Below the pieces are notes generated by a model, which saw only the letters and a list, made by a program, of their open reading frames with translations, had not been told where the DNA came from and ran no database searches. A DNA stretch of 58,095 nucleotides from an uncultured Bacilli bacterium. GTDB taxonomy: Bacteria > Bacillota_I > Bacilli_A > RF39 > UBA660. The stretch covers positions 1 to 58,095 of the forward strand of contig CANQHQ010000004.1 in the NCBI GenBank assembly GCA_947623825.1. Reading direction: 5' to 3'. This document shows, one piece after another, positions 1 through 9,690 of this stretch. The position numbers and the translations under genes are program-made. Position 1 is the stretch's first letter. Every line of letters starts with the position of its first letter.

Positions 1-36
1 ATTATCAAACTTCAATTTTTTAAAATTGCATAAGAA

Positions 37-100
37 AACCTCTAGAAAAAATCTAGGGGTTTGTCTACACTCTGAGGAGAAAAAATTTCTCCTTCCATTT
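37..100. terminator. Two adjacent hairpins with flanking A/T runs, possibly a bidirectional terminator downstream of the methyltransferase gene
   Basis: CCTCTAGA-N5-TCTAGGGG (39-59) and GGAGAA-N5-TTCTCC (76-92). A T-run follows one hairpin on each strand. Confidence 0.35.
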
Positions 101-154
101 TTTCCATTCTTTTACTGAGGTTCATCCATCCTATTTTTTCCAAAAAAAAAGCAA

Positions 155-748
155 TCACTTTTTGGTAGCGACTGCAATTCCATCTCCGATAGACAAAAAG
201 TCTACCGTAAAATCAGTTCGATTTTTCAAATAAGTTTGATACTCTTCAATCTTACGAATCAATCCTCGAAGATTTCTACTCATCGTTTCATTTTCATTTC
301 CCACTAATCCATGAAAATTCATGTTATCAGTGATAATGGTTCCACCTTCTACTAGATTTTTTTCGAATTTTTCAAAGAAATGAATATTTTGTCCTTTGGC
401 TGCATCTAAAAAGATTACATCAAATTTTCCGTCGATGGATGTTTCTAAGGCATCTTTAAAAATTAAAGTAATTCGGTTTTCTAAAGAAAATTTCTTTACG
501 TTTTTTACTGCTTCTAAATAGCGGTCTTTGTCTCTTTCTATCGTTGTAATTTTGACATTCGGATTCGATAGTGCCATCATGATAGCTGAATAGCCGATTG
601 CTGTCCCTACCTCTAACACATTTTCTACTTTATTGGTGGCGATAAAATTTGTCAGAAAGTCAATTCCGTCGTCTACCATAATTGGCACTTTATTATCTAA
701 TGCATATTTTTTTATTTCTTTAATTTGGTTATAAATATTATCGTTCAT
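155..748 (-). CDS. Class I SAM-dependent O-methyltransferase (YrrM-like)
   Basis: VLEVGTAIGYS SAM-binding loop and DVIFLDAAK motif. Start moved to the ATG at 748 (MNDNIY...), which has an AGGAGGGA SD upstream and removes the overlap with mltG. Confidence 0.85.
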   Translation of the reverse strand: MNDNIYNQIKEIKKYALDNKVPIMVDDGIDFLTNFIATNKVENVLEVGTAIGYSAIMMALSNPNVKITTIERDKDRYLEAVKNVKKFSLENRITLIFKDALETSIDGKFDVIFLDAAKGQNIHFFEKFEKNLVEGGTIITDNMNFHGLVGNENETMSRNLRGLIRKIEEYQTYLKNRTDFTVDFLSIGDGIAVATKK

Positions 749-758
749 GGATTCCCTC

Positions 759-1838
759 CTAGAGTCCCCCATTGACAGATGCCAATTCGTTTTTCTTATT
801 TTGAAAGTCATTATAGTTGGAATAAAAGAATGTTTCGAGTGTTTGAATATTGGCAATAAAATAAAGGTCTTCTGATTCCATCGGATAGATGGCTGCCTGA
901 ATACTTGATAATCCTACTGTTGAAATCGGTCCAACCGGTAACTTGCCATTCATACTTCCATCGGTTAATCTCGTGTTGTAGGGGCTTTTTGTTTCAAATT
1001 GAGCACTAGAAAGTGGTTGTTTGTTGTCATCTATTTTTAGAGCGTATCTTGTTGTGACATCACTTCCTAATGACATTCCCTTTTTAAGACGATTATAAAA
1101 AACAGAGGCTACATGATCCCTTTGGTTTTGTCCAGCGCTTTCCTTTTCTACCATCGATGCCATCGTTAGTATTTGATGAACGGAATAACCACTTTTTTCA
1201 ATATCTTCTCTATATGGACTTAACATCTCATCCATGCGATTCAACATCTTATCAAAAATGTATTCGATGCTGACAGAAGAATTGGTCAAATTATAAGTAT
1301 CTGGGAAAAGGTACCCTTCTAAACCATAATAGAGTTCTTCTTGTAAAATATCCTCACTAAGGAACCAATATCTTTCTATTAGACTTTGAAGATAGTCCGT
1401 ATCTTTGGTTTTTGCAAGGACCGCTTCCTCCTCATTTTCCGTATTTTCACTGATAATTCTCGCTACCTCACGCATCGTAATTCCTTCTTTAAATGTGACT
1501 TGTATCTCGTTTGGATTTAAAGTTGTTCCTTTCTGTAAAGCTCGAATAATTTCTTCTGTACTAAGATTTTTTGACAAATTATAATATCCTGCTTTCATAT
1601 TGGAAATTTTGTATAATTGAATGTAAAAAACAAAGAATCTGTCATCTCGGATGAGACCCTTTTCCTCTAATATTTTAGCAATGGTCGTTCTTGATGAATT
1701 TGCTGGAATTTCAAATGAGACGATTTCTTCTTGGTTACTGATTGGACTAATCATATACTTATAGTAAGTACATAATCCAACAATTGTGATCGTAGCAATG
1801 ATTAAAATTATTAGAGCTATATTACGAAATGTTTTCAT
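759..1838 (-). CDS. mltG: Endolytic murein transglycosylase MltG (YceG-like)
   Basis: N-terminal TM helix. GLEGYLFPDTY, ASMVEKE and SVFYNRL motifs are typical of the YceG/MltG family. Confidence 0.9.
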   Translation of the reverse strand: MKTFRNIALIILIIATITIVGLCTYYKYMISPISNQEEIVSFEIPANSSRTTIAKILEEKGLIRDDRFFVFYIQLYKISNMKAGYYNLSKNLSTEEIIRALQKGTTLNPNEIQVTFKEGITMREVARIISENTENEEEAVLAKTKDTDYLQSLIERYWFLSEDILQEELYYGLEGYLFPDTYNLTNSSVSIEYIFDKMLNRMDEMLSPYREDIEKSGYSVHQILTMASMVEKESAGQNQRDHVASVFYNRLKKGMSLGSDVTTRYALKIDDNKQPLSSAQFETKSPYNTRLTDGSMNGKLPVGPISTVGLSSIQAAIYPMESEDLYFIANIQTLETFFYSNYNDFQNKKNELASVNGGL

Positions 1839-1870
1839 ACTGCCGATACCTCTTTAAAAAAGGAGCAATT

Positions 1871-2194
1871 TTATTGCTCACTTTCTCCACTTTCTTCTTT
1901 GTTTGCATCGGCGCTATCTTCTTGAAGTTTATTTCGAACTTCTTCTTGAATGGCTTCTAATATCGTTTCTACGACTTTCCATTCTTTTTCTGTTTCAATT
2001 GGCTCAAACCCCGCATTTAAATTGTCAGGATGGTAAACAGCGGCGTAAGCTTTAATACTTCCATCTTCTTCATACGTATTATCCGTATACGCGATATAAC
2101 TTTTTCCGGTTTCTTCGCTGTCGAACGTAAATAAAACATTACATACAACTTCTTTTCCATCCTCCGTTACCATTTTAAATGTATTCTCTTTCAT
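1871..2194 (-). CDS. DUF1292 family protein (YrzB-like)
   Basis: Short acidic protein with the VCNVLFTFDSEETGKSYIAYTD core. ATGA overlap with the ruvX stop, the usual position after ruvX. Confidence 0.8.
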   Translation of the reverse strand: MKENTFKMVTEDGKEVVCNVLFTFDSEETGKSYIAYTDNTYEEDGSIKAYAAVYHPDNLNAGFEPIETEKEWKVVETILEAIQEEVRNKLQEDSADANKEESGESEQ

Positions 2195-2613
2195 TCTTCT
2201 TTTTCCCTTCTATCCAAATAGCTTTGCAATATGATTGTCGCTGCTAAGCTATCGATTACCTTTTTTCTTTTTTTGCGACTTGTATCGTTGGAAATCAACA
2301 CGCTTTCTGCTTGTCTTGTCGTTAGTCGTTCATCTTGCATATACACAGGTAATCCCGTTTCCTGTTCCAACCGCTTTTGAAAAGATAAACTTACTTCTCC
2401 TCTTTCTCCAACTGTATTATTCATATTTTTGGGTAATCCTAAGACTAATGCTTGAATCTTTTTTTCTTTGATGATGTCGATCACCTGTGGTATTAAACTT
2501 TCATAGTTTTCATCATGTCTTAAGATTTTGTAACTCGTTGCGATGATTCCCAGTTCATCGGATATAGCAAGTCCTAACGTCTTTGTACCTAAATCTAATC
2601 CTAAGTATCTCAC
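2191..2613 (-). CDS. ruvX: Holliday junction resolvase-like RuvX (YqgF)
   Basis: RYLGLDLGTKTLGLAISD N-terminal motif. Start set to the GTG at 2613 (GAGGAAAGG SD 9 nt upstream; GTGA overlap with the ireB stop) rather than the TTG at 2640. Confidence 0.88.
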   Translation of the reverse strand: MRYLGLDLGTKTLGLAISDELGIIATSYKILRHDENYESLIPQVIDIIKEKKIQALVLGLPKNMNNTVGERGEVSLSFQKRLEQETGLPVYMQDERLTTRQAESVLISNDTSRKKRKKVIDSLAATIILQSYLDRREKEE

Positions 2614-2858
2614 TTTTGTAAACCTTTCCTCAAAAGACAATCAATGACTTTACTCCGATCGATGCTAGATATCTTTTTTCTTGCATCTTTATAAGAAGAG
2701 ATGTACCCAGGATCCCCGCTCATCAAGTACCCTGTAATCTGGTTGATGGGATTATATCCTCGTTCTTTCAAAGCGTCGTATACTTCATTTAGTATTTGCT
2801 CCGTCAATGCAAGGTCAAATTCTTCCAGTTCATACAGAGGGGCTGTCTTTGAATCCAT
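2610..2858 (-). CDS. ireB: IreB family regulatory phosphoprotein (UPF0297/DUF965)
   Basis: 82 aa with ILNEVYDALKERGYNPINQITGYLMSGDPGYISS, the family signature. Conserved position upstream of ruvX. Confidence 0.85.
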   Translation of the reverse strand: MDSKTAPLYELEEFDLALTEQILNEVYDALKERGYNPINQITGYLMSGDPGYISSYKDARKKISSIDRSKVIDCLLRKGLQK

Positions 2859-2993
2859 GTCATCACCTCAATCTTAATGTCATTTTATCATCTTTTTTGC
2901 TTTCTTTCAACCAATCATGGTCATTTTTCTTAAATTTCTTTTTAGAATTTTATTTTGTTTAAAAACTTTCTTTCTAGTTCCTTTTTCTCTTTC

Positions 2994-3032
2994 ATTGCTA
3001 AAAAAATATTCTTACCTAGGCAAGAATATTCC
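2994..3032 (-). terminator. Intrinsic terminator overlapping the rhomboid stop codon
   Basis: Minus strand GGAATATTCTTGCCTAGGTAAGAATATTTTTTT: an 11-bp stem with one mismatch, followed by T7. Confidence 0.5.
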
Positions 3033-4148
3033 CATATAAATCATAAATCCAGTCAGAATTACTGTAACAATCCAACCATTGATTTTTTCAAAGGTAGTAC
3101 TTTTATATTTTACCCCTAAAGCAACTGTCATTAAAGCACCACCAATTAGTCCTCCGATATGCGCTAAATTGTCGACTCCTGTATTCAAAAATCCCCAAAG
3201 TAAGTTGATGATAATGAGTGGGATAATTTGACTTTTTAAGACATTTCCTAGATAGACACGATAGTGATATCCAAAATAAAGCATACTACCTAAAAGACCG
3301 AAAATAGCTCCACTCGCTCCGATACTGGCATATTGATTAAACGTAATGGAGAACAAACTACCAAGAAGAGCAGAAAAGAAATAAATGATTGTAAATTTGG
3401 TTTTTCCTAAGAAACTCTCCATTTGACTACCAACAATGTAGAGAGAATAACAGTTAAAAGCAAGGTGGAAAATATCCCCGTGAAGAAACGTTCCCGTCAA
3501 AAGACGATAGTATTCTCCTACGCGAATTAGTGGCCCATAGACACAGAACCAATCCAAACTATCCTCATATACATTCATTAGATTTGTTCCGAAAAAGATA
3601 AGTGCATATAGAATAATTAAAGTCCACGTAACGATTGGTTTTTTCTTCCGAAATACTTCTTCTGCTTTTTCGGCTTCCGATTTATTCTTTGAGTTAATAT
3701 CGTTTGTAATTTTTATGAACAATTGTAATCCGTTCTCTGTAAATTTTAGTTTATTCTTAATATCCGGAAATACTTTTTCAATAAAACTATAATTTTTTAA
3801 GTCTTGTTCATCATTTAGATAAATACAATCCATAGTCCGTACGTGATCTAAATGGGCATTGTCTCCTAAATCGGTATAAATCGTAAGTACATTCATATGA
3901 AGAGAAAATGTCTTCTTTTTGATTTTTTTGACAATTCGTCCTGTTTTAAAAGAATCGAAATTTAACTGTTCATCGTTATGAATATGTCCAGAGACGATTC
4001 GAATAATTTTATACTCATCATCCATATTCTCTAACCAAATTTCATTTTCAATTCCTTGTAAGAGAATCGGATTGTAATTTCTTTCTGTTATAAAATAATG
4101 AAGAAGTTTCATTATAATTAAGTCTTTGCTATTTAAAGATTCTTCCAC
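3012..4148 (-). CDS. Rhomboid family intramembrane serine protease with an N-terminal cytoplasmic domain (GluP-like architecture)
   Basis: GASGAIFGLLG catalytic Ser motif and HIGGLIGG catalytic His in a multi-TM C-terminal half. GTG start with a GAGGAGG SD 7 nt upstream. Confidence 0.88.
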   Translation of the reverse strand: MEESLNSKDLIIMKLLHYFITERNYNPILLQGIENEIWLENMDDEYKIIRIVSGHIHNDEQLNFDSFKTGRIVKKIKKKTFSLHMNVLTIYTDLGDNAHLDHVRTMDCIYLNDEQDLKNYSFIEKVFPDIKNKLKFTENGLQLFIKITNDINSKNKSEAEKAEEVFRKKKPIVTWTLIILYALIFFGTNLMNVYEDSLDWFCVYGPLIRVGEYYRLLTGTFLHGDIFHLAFNCYSLYIVGSQMESFLGKTKFTIIYFFSALLGSLFSITFNQYASIGASGAIFGLLGSMLYFGYHYRVYLGNVLKSQIIPLIIINLLWGFLNTGVDNLAHIGGLIGGALMTVALGVKYKSTTFEKINGWIVTVILTGFMIYMGIFLPR

Positions 4149-4168
4149 TATATAACCTCCTCTTGTTA

Positions 4169-5080
4169 TTATATCTTATTTTCTTCCTCAAGTCTATCGA
4201 ATTCCTCTAAAGTCTTTTGAAACTCCTTCGGCAAATCTGCTTCTACTAAGATATGTTTTTTCGTTCTAGGATGATCGAACTCTATTCTTTTCGCGTGGAG
4301 ATATTGCCCGAAGTCAGTTGTCTTTTTTCTTCGTCCATACACTGGATCATTATAGATAGGATAACCAATATAATTCATGTGGACGCGAATTTGATGGGTT
4401 CTTCCTGTATCTAGATAACATTCTATCAAAGTCATATTTGATTTTTTATATCTTTTTAAGACACGAAAGTGCGTGATGGCATTTTTACTATTTTGATCTG
4501 TTACTTTCATTCTTTGACGATGATCCGGATCTCTTCCAATTGGGGCATCGATGGTTCCGGTCTCATGAGGAATGATTCCTTCCACTAAGGCTTCATACAC
4601 TCTTTTTACTTTTTTTTCTTTGATAGCCTCACTCAATTGTTCATGCATCTCATCATTTTTGGCAACCACCAAAAGACCACTAGTGTCTTTATCAATACGA
4701 TGAACGATACCAGGACGAAATTTTTCTTTTTGACTGAGTTTTTTTCTTCCTATCAAGGCATTCACCAATGTACTAGAATAATTTCCTGGTGCGGGATGCA
4801 CAACCATGCCACTTGCTTTATTCACGACTAGTAAATCTTCATCTTCATAAACGATATCCAAAGGAATCTCTTCTCCCTCGATATGAATTTCGGGATTTCG
4901 ATTGTCAGAGACTGTAATTACGTCTCCTTCTTTGACGCGGTAACTAGGATTTACCTCTTTTTCATTGACTAAGATTTTCTTCTCTTTCATCCACTGTTGT
5001 ACTTTGTTGCGACTTGCTTCGATTTTTTCGCTTAGATATTGATCGATTCGTCCTTTGGCTTCTTCTACTATTATTTCCAT
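4169..5080 (-). CDS. rluD: 23S rRNA pseudouridine synthase, RluA family (RluD-like)
   Basis: N-terminal S4 domain and HRIDKDTSGLLVVAK catalytic Asp motif. Start set to the ATG at 5080 (MEIIVEE...), downstream of a GGGGTGA SD. Confidence 0.9.
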   Translation of the reverse strand: MEIIVEEAKGRIDQYLSEKIEASRNKVQQWMKEKKILVNEKEVNPSYRVKEGDVITVSDNRNPEIHIEGEEIPLDIVYEDEDLLVVNKASGMVVHPAPGNYSSTLVNALIGRKKLSQKEKFRPGIVHRIDKDTSGLLVVAKNDEMHEQLSEAIKEKKVKRVYEALVEGIIPHETGTIDAPIGRDPDHRQRMKVTDQNSKNAITHFRVLKRYKKSNMTLIECYLDTGRTHQIRVHMNYIGYPIYNDPVYGRRKKTTDFGQYLHAKRIEFDHPRTKKHILVEADLPKEFQKTLEEFDRLEEENKI

Positions 5081-5531
5081 TTTTTTCACCCCTTATCATA
5101 TCAAGAAAGAAAACTCCTACTCCCAGTACAATCGCAATATCAGCAATGTTAAATACTGGATAGGAATAACTTCCTAATTGAAAACTTAAATAATCGATGA
5201 CTCCATCTCGTAGAATCCGATCAAGAAAATTTCCAAATACTCCACCCATTACTAATCCATATGCGATGGCTTCTAGTTTTGATAAGTTCTTTACTTTGAT
5301 GAGATATTGATTTAATCCAATCAGGAAGAACGCACTAATGATTACGAGTAAGTATGGTTCATTTTGAAAGATACTCCAGGCTCCTCCTGTATTTTTCACA
5401 TTGGTTAATGAAAAAAAATGAGGAATGATTTCTATTGTTTGTTGAAAATCAATATTTTTTAAAACATGAAACTTTACAGATTGATCGAGAACAAGGATTC
5501 CAAAGGTAATCCAATAGAGCACTTTCTTCAT
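4962..5531 (-). CDS. lspA: Lipoprotein signal peptidase II
   Basis: Four TM segments, the NTGGAWS box and the FNIADIAIVLGVG Asp box. The 3' end runs 119 nt into rluD in another frame. Confidence 0.85.
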   Translation of the reverse strand: MKKVLYWITFGILVLDQSVKFHVLKNIDFQQTIEIIPHFFSLTNVKNTGGAWSIFQNEPYLLVIISAFFLIGLNQYLIKVKNLSKLEAIAYGLVMGGVFGNFLDRILRDGVIDYLSFQLGSYSYPVFNIADIAIVLGVGVFFLDMIRGEKNGNNSRRSQRTNRSISKRKNRSKSQQSTTVDEREENLSQ

Positions 5532-5749
5532 CTCATTTCACCGACTATATTATACCACATTCTTAGCTAAGAAAAAAGAAGATTTCTCTTTCTTACACTT
5601 TCTTCTCTTTCTTTCTTCTTTAGATAGTTTTTCTTTCTTACTCTTTCTTAGATTGTTTCTTTTTCATCATACTCTTTCTCTTAGAAAAAGAAAGAAGTGT
5701 AGAACACGACAAAACAAAAACGTCAAAATAAAAACGAAAAGAACAAGAT

Positions 5750-5790
5750 GAGGAAAAGAAAAGGATAAGAATTTCTCCCTATCCTAAATC
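5750..5790 (-). terminator. Intrinsic terminator after valS
   Basis: Minus strand AGGATA-GGGAGAAATTCT-TATCCT followed by TTTCTTTTCC. Confidence 0.55.
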
Positions 5791-5795
5791 ATTTT

Positions 5796-8330
5796 TTATT
5801 TCTTCAATAATTCTAATTTTTCTTTTTCTTCCATTAATTTTTTACGATCCATTTCAACGATACTGGCAGGGGCCTTCGTTACGTAATTATCATTTGCGAG
5901 AAGGGCTTCTCTTCGAGCGATAGATGCTTCTAATTTTTCGATTTCTTTTTCTCTAATGGAATCATCTTCTTTTGCCCCTTCAAAGTAGTAAGTAATTTCA
6001 ATATTTGGGGATTGGTATTCTACTTTTTCTAAGTCTTTTCTCTCTTCTTCTATCATTTGTTCTTGATGGATTTTTAGTTGCGATTGAACGATAGGCGATA
6101 ATCCTTCCCTTTTGGTCCGTAACCTTACGAGAGCATCTTTGGTAATATTGTGACTCGCTTTTTTATTTCGAATTTCAATGATGTTTTCTATTGTTTGATC
6201 GAGTAATTTTCTCTCTTCTTCATAGAGAATTTTTGTCTTCTTTGGATACGTACTGATTACAATTGATTCACTATCTTTGACAGGTAACATTTGATAAATT
6301 TCTTCTGTTACATATGGCATGAATGGATGAAGCATCTTCAAGATATTCGTAAGAACTTCTAAAAGAACGGTTTTGGTTGTATTATTCATTTGAATTTTGG
6401 CAAGTTCAATATACCAATCACAATAGTCGTTCCATACAAAATCATATAACTCGTTTCCCACATTATGGAATTCATATTTTTCCATGTTCGTGCGAACATT
6501 TTCGATTAAATGTGCCTGTTTATTTAAAATCCACCGATCTGCGAGAGTGAGATTTCTTTTGGTTTGATTTTTTTCTGTAAAATCCTCTAGATTCATAAGA
6601 ACGAATCGAGAGGCATTCCATAGTTTATTGATAAAGTTCCATGTCGATTTCACTTTTTCTTCATCATAACGTAAATCCATCCCTGGTGCGGAATTCGTCG
6701 TTAAGAAGAAACGAAGAGAATCCGCTCCATACGTATCAATGACATCCATCGGATCGATTCCATTTCCTAGGGATTTTGACATCTTTCTTCCTAATTTATC
6801 ACGAATGAGTCCATGAATCAAACAGTCTTTAAATGGTCGTTTACCAGTAAAATGAAGTCCTTGGAAAGTCATACGATTTACCCAGAATGGAATAATATCA
6901 TATCCTGTCACTAGGCAACTATTACTGTAGTAGCGGTGAAAATCCTCGGTTTCTTCTGGCCAACCAAGAGTCGAAAAAGGCCAAAGAGCGGAACTGAACC
7001 ACGTATCGAGAACATCTTCGTCTTGGACCCATCCTTCTTCTTTAGGCGCTTCCATTCCGACATAGACTTCTCCGTCTTTGTACCAAGCAGGAATTCTGTG
7101 TCCCCACCATAATTGCCTTGAAATACACCAGTCATAAGTGATTTCCATCCAGTGATTCATTACTTTTTCAAAACGTTCTGGGACAAAATTGACCTTTGTT
7201 TTCGAATTCTTTTGATTTTTCAATACTCGATCCGCAAGCGGTCTCATTTTGACAAACCATTGTTTAGAAAGGTATGGTTCAATCATACAATCCGTTCTTT
7301 CAGAATGTCCTACACTGTGAACCATCGGTTCGATTTTTATTAGTAAGTCTTGTTCTTTTAAATCTTTCACTAAAGCTTCTCTACACTCTTCTCTCGTCAT
7401 TCCTTGATAAATTCCCGCATTTTCATTCATGGTGGCATCAGGGTTCATGACAACGACTCTTTCCAAATTGTGACGATTTCCTACTTCGAAGTCGTTTGGA
7501 TCGTGAGCAGGGGTAATTTTAACGACACCAGTTCCGAATTCTGGGTCGGCATGTTCGTCTCCGACGATAGGAATTTTCTTTCCTACAATCGGAAGAATGA
7601 CATTTTTACCAATGAGATGATTGTATCTTTCATCTTTTGGATTGACTGCTACTGCGGTATCTCCAAAGAGAGTTTCTGGTCGAGTGGTGGCTACTTCTAA
7701 ATATTCGTCACTATCTTCTATATAATATTTCAAATGATAGAAGGCTCCTTCGACATCTTTGTAGATTACTTCTTCATTCGACAAAGCCGTCATTGCTTCA
7801 GGGTCCCAGTTAATGATTCTCTCTCCTCGATAAATCAATCCTTCATGATAAAGGTCAACAAAAACCTTTCTTACGGACCGACTCAATCCATCATCGAGGG
7901 TAAAACGTTCCTTGGAATAATCCAAAGATAATCCTAGTTTCGCCCATTGACTACGAATATTTTCTGCATATTCTCTTTTCCAGTCCCATGCTACTTCTAA
8001 CCAATCTTCACGCTTCATTTCTCGTGGATTGATTCCCTGTTCTTTTAACTTTTTGTCTATTCTTGCCTGTGTAGCGATCCCCGCATGGTCCATTCCTGGA
8101 AGCCACAAGGCATCGTATCCATCCATTCTTTTATAACGAATAATGATATCCTGTAAAGTAGTATCCCAAGCATGCCCTAAGTGAAGTTTTCCTGTAACAT
8201 TAGGAGGAGGAATTACAATACAGTACGGCTTTTTACTCTGATCTTTTCCTGACCGAAAATAGTCATGGTCTAACCAAAATTGATATTTATTTTCTTCTAC
8301 TTTTTTATGATCATATTTCTTTTCTAACAT
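5796..8330 (-). CDS. valS: Valine--tRNA ligase
   Basis: [14 protein letters not shown] (HIGH) and KMSKSLGN (KMSKS) class I motifs, plus a C-terminal coiled coil. Confidence 0.97.
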   Translation of the reverse strand: MLEKKYDHKKVEENKYQFWLDHDYFRSGKDQSKKPYCIVIPPPNVTGKLHLGHAWDTTLQDIIIRYKRMDGYDALWLPGMDHAGIATQARIDKKLKEQGINPREMKREDWLEVAWDWKREYAENIRSQWAKLGLSLDYSKERFTLDDGLSRSVRKVFVDLYHEGLIYRGERIINWDPEAMTALSNEEVIYKDVEGAFYHLKYYIEDSDEYLEVATTRPETLFGDTAVAVNPKDERYNHLIGKNVILPIVGKKIPIVGDEHADPEFGTGVVKITPAHDPNDFEVGNRHNLERVVVMNPDATMNENAGIYQGMTREECREALVKDLKEQDLLIKIEPMVHSVGHSERTDCMIEPYLSKQWFVKMRPLADRVLKNQKNSKTKVNFVPERFEKVMNHWMEITYDWCISRQLWWGHRIPAWYKDGEVYVGMEAPKEEGWVQDEDVLDTWFSSALWPFSTLGWPEETEDFHRYYSNSCLVTGYDIIPFWVNRMTFQGLHFTGKRPFKDCLIHGLIRDKLGRKMSKSLGNGIDPMDVIDTYGADSLRFFLTTNSAPGMDLRYDEEKVKSTWNFINKLWNASRFVLMNLEDFTEKNQTKRNLTLADRWILNKQAHLIENVRTNMEKYEFHNVGNELYDFVWNDYCDWYIELAKIQMNNTTKTVLLEVLTNILKMLHPFMPYVTEEIYQMLPVKDSESIVISTYPKKTKILYEEERKLLDQTIENIIEIRNKKASHNITKDALVRLRTKREGLSPIVQSQLKIHQEQMIEEERKDLEKVEYQSPNIEITYYFEGAKEDDSIREKEIEKLEASIARREALLANDNYVTKAPASIVEMDRKKLMEEKEKLELLKK

Positions 8331-8348
8331 ATTTTTTCCTTCTTTCTT

Positions 8349-9092
8349 TTATTTTTCGACTCCGCGATTGATTTTATCAAAACAAATTTCTTTTATTTTT
8401 TTCCATAGCTTTTCACTATTTTCTTTCACATCAATCGTACTTAAATATAAATCGAAATTATCTGTTTCTACTAAGATATCAAAACTTTCATCAAAATTTA
8501 TATCAAAAAGAAAGGCTAATTGAACTAAAATTTTATCACTTTCATACTTTTGATCTCTTATTTTTTTTAATGGTTTTTCTTTTTTGAATTCTTCTAAGGC
8601 TTCTTTGCTTATTTTGTCACAATCAAAGGTCTGTTCTTTATGAATGGCTGTCTGTTTATAAATATCGACTTTATCCATATCACGAATCATTTTGCTAAAA
8701 AGACTTTCTTTTGCATTCATTTTGGGACAGGATAATTTATTGTGGTAACGAATGGCTTTTTCTATGATTGAATCATATTGATTGGATTCTACAAAATCAC
8801 GAATGTGTCCTTCCTCAAAAAGATAAATACAGCTTGCGTCGGCATGATCGACATTACTATCGCGGAAAGAATGATATTTTTTCCATTGTTCAAATCGTCC
8901 AATATCGTGAAGTAAACCAATGATTTGGGCGACCACTCGTTCCTCTTTTGATAACTGTAAACGGAAAGCAAGTTCTGCCATTAATTCACTAACCGCATAA
9001 CTATGATGATATTTCAAGGCAATATTTTCTTCTTTCTGATCATAGTCTTTTACGTACTCTTCGAATGCTTTTTTACACATTTCAAAATCCAT
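8349..9092 (-). CDS. HD domain-containing phosphohydrolase, first gene of the T-box-controlled operon
   Basis: LLHDIGRFEQ HD motif with upstream His. 18-nt gap to valS. Confidence 0.8.
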   Translation of the reverse strand: MDFEMCKKAFEEYVKDYDQKEENIALKYHHSYAVSELMAELAFRLQLSKEERVVAQIIGLLHDIGRFEQWKKYHSFRDSNVDHADASCIYLFEEGHIRDFVESNQYDSIIEKAIRYHNKLSCPKMNAKESLFSKMIRDMDKVDIYKQTAIHKEQTFDCDKISKEALEEFKKEKPLKKIRDQKYESDKILVQLAFLFDINFDESFDILVETDNFDLYLSTIDVKENSEKLWKKIKEICFDKINRGVEK

Positions 9093-9322
9093 AAAAAAAC
9101 TCCTCCTTACTGATTATAAGGACGAGTTTACCCGCGGTACCACCTTAGTTCATTCTAAAGAATGCGCTTCATTTTGGTATAACGAAACCATCATCGAAAA
9201 TTCTTACTCTTCTTTCAGAATTTCAGCTCCATCGCTACCCATAAAAAGGTTTTTATCTATTTTCACCAACCATAGACTCTCTTCCAAAAACTTCTTTTTA
9301 TTCCTCGACTTCCTCGCTTTTC
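9093..9322 (-). promoter_or_regulatory. T-box leader (tRNA-sensing riboswitch) with terminator/antiterminator
   Basis: Minus strand has AACTAAGGTGGTACCGCGGG (T-box core at 9133-9144). Stem I has AGAGAG (9277-9282) and a GGTGAAAA distal loop (9260-9267). An F-box-like CGTTA is present. The terminator is ACTCGTCCTTA-N7-TAAGGAGGAGT followed by T7 and then ATG. Confidence 0.82.
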
Positions 9323-9328
9323 AGTATG

Positions 9329-9357
9329 ATTATATACCAAAAAGAAAGGGAATGCAA
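9329..9357 (-). promoter_or_regulatory. Sigma-A-type promoter for the T-box leader
   Basis: Minus strand TTGCAT-N17-TATAAT. Confidence 0.55.
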
Positions 9358-9461
9358 ACGTTTTTTCTGTTCTTTTCTATTCTCTTTTTTAGAATCATGC
9401 CTATCTTTCGGCGAAACACCTATTTTTTTCTTTCGCATAGATTATATTAGGTGAGTTACGT

Positions 9462-9686
9462 ATGTTTCAGAAAAAAGGAAGAGGTCATGGATTTTTTTGT
9501 CGGTGTGAAGGATGCAAATTCCGTCGAAAGACGAGTGTCTTTTACATGGGATTATTGATGGCGTTTTTGATTATTTTGATTTACCAAACTCTCTTTACTA
9601 TTTTTGTTGTTTCCCGTTTTAATGCCTTTCTCTGCTTCCTCTTCTTAATGATTGTTTTAATCGGATTTTTTCGTATTTTATTCTAA
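9462..9686 (+). CDS. Hypothetical small two-TM protein with an N-terminal CxC..C cluster
   Basis: ORF only, with a weak AGGTGAG SD. One of very few plus-strand ORFs and has no recognisable family. Confidence 0.3.
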   Translation: MFQKKGRGHGFFCRCEGCKFRRKTSVFYMGLLMAFLIILIYQTLFTIFVVSRFNAFLCFLFLMIVLIGFFRILF

Positions 9687-9690
9687 AATA

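Noticed and set aside
5585-5705. Pyrimidine-rich CTTTCTT-type low-complexity stretch between valS and lspA, checked as a possible tandem repeat or CRISPR-like array
   Set aside because: There is no fixed repeat unit and no repeat/spacer periodicity. It looks like ordinary AT/CT-rich intergenic DNA carrying the lspA promoter region.
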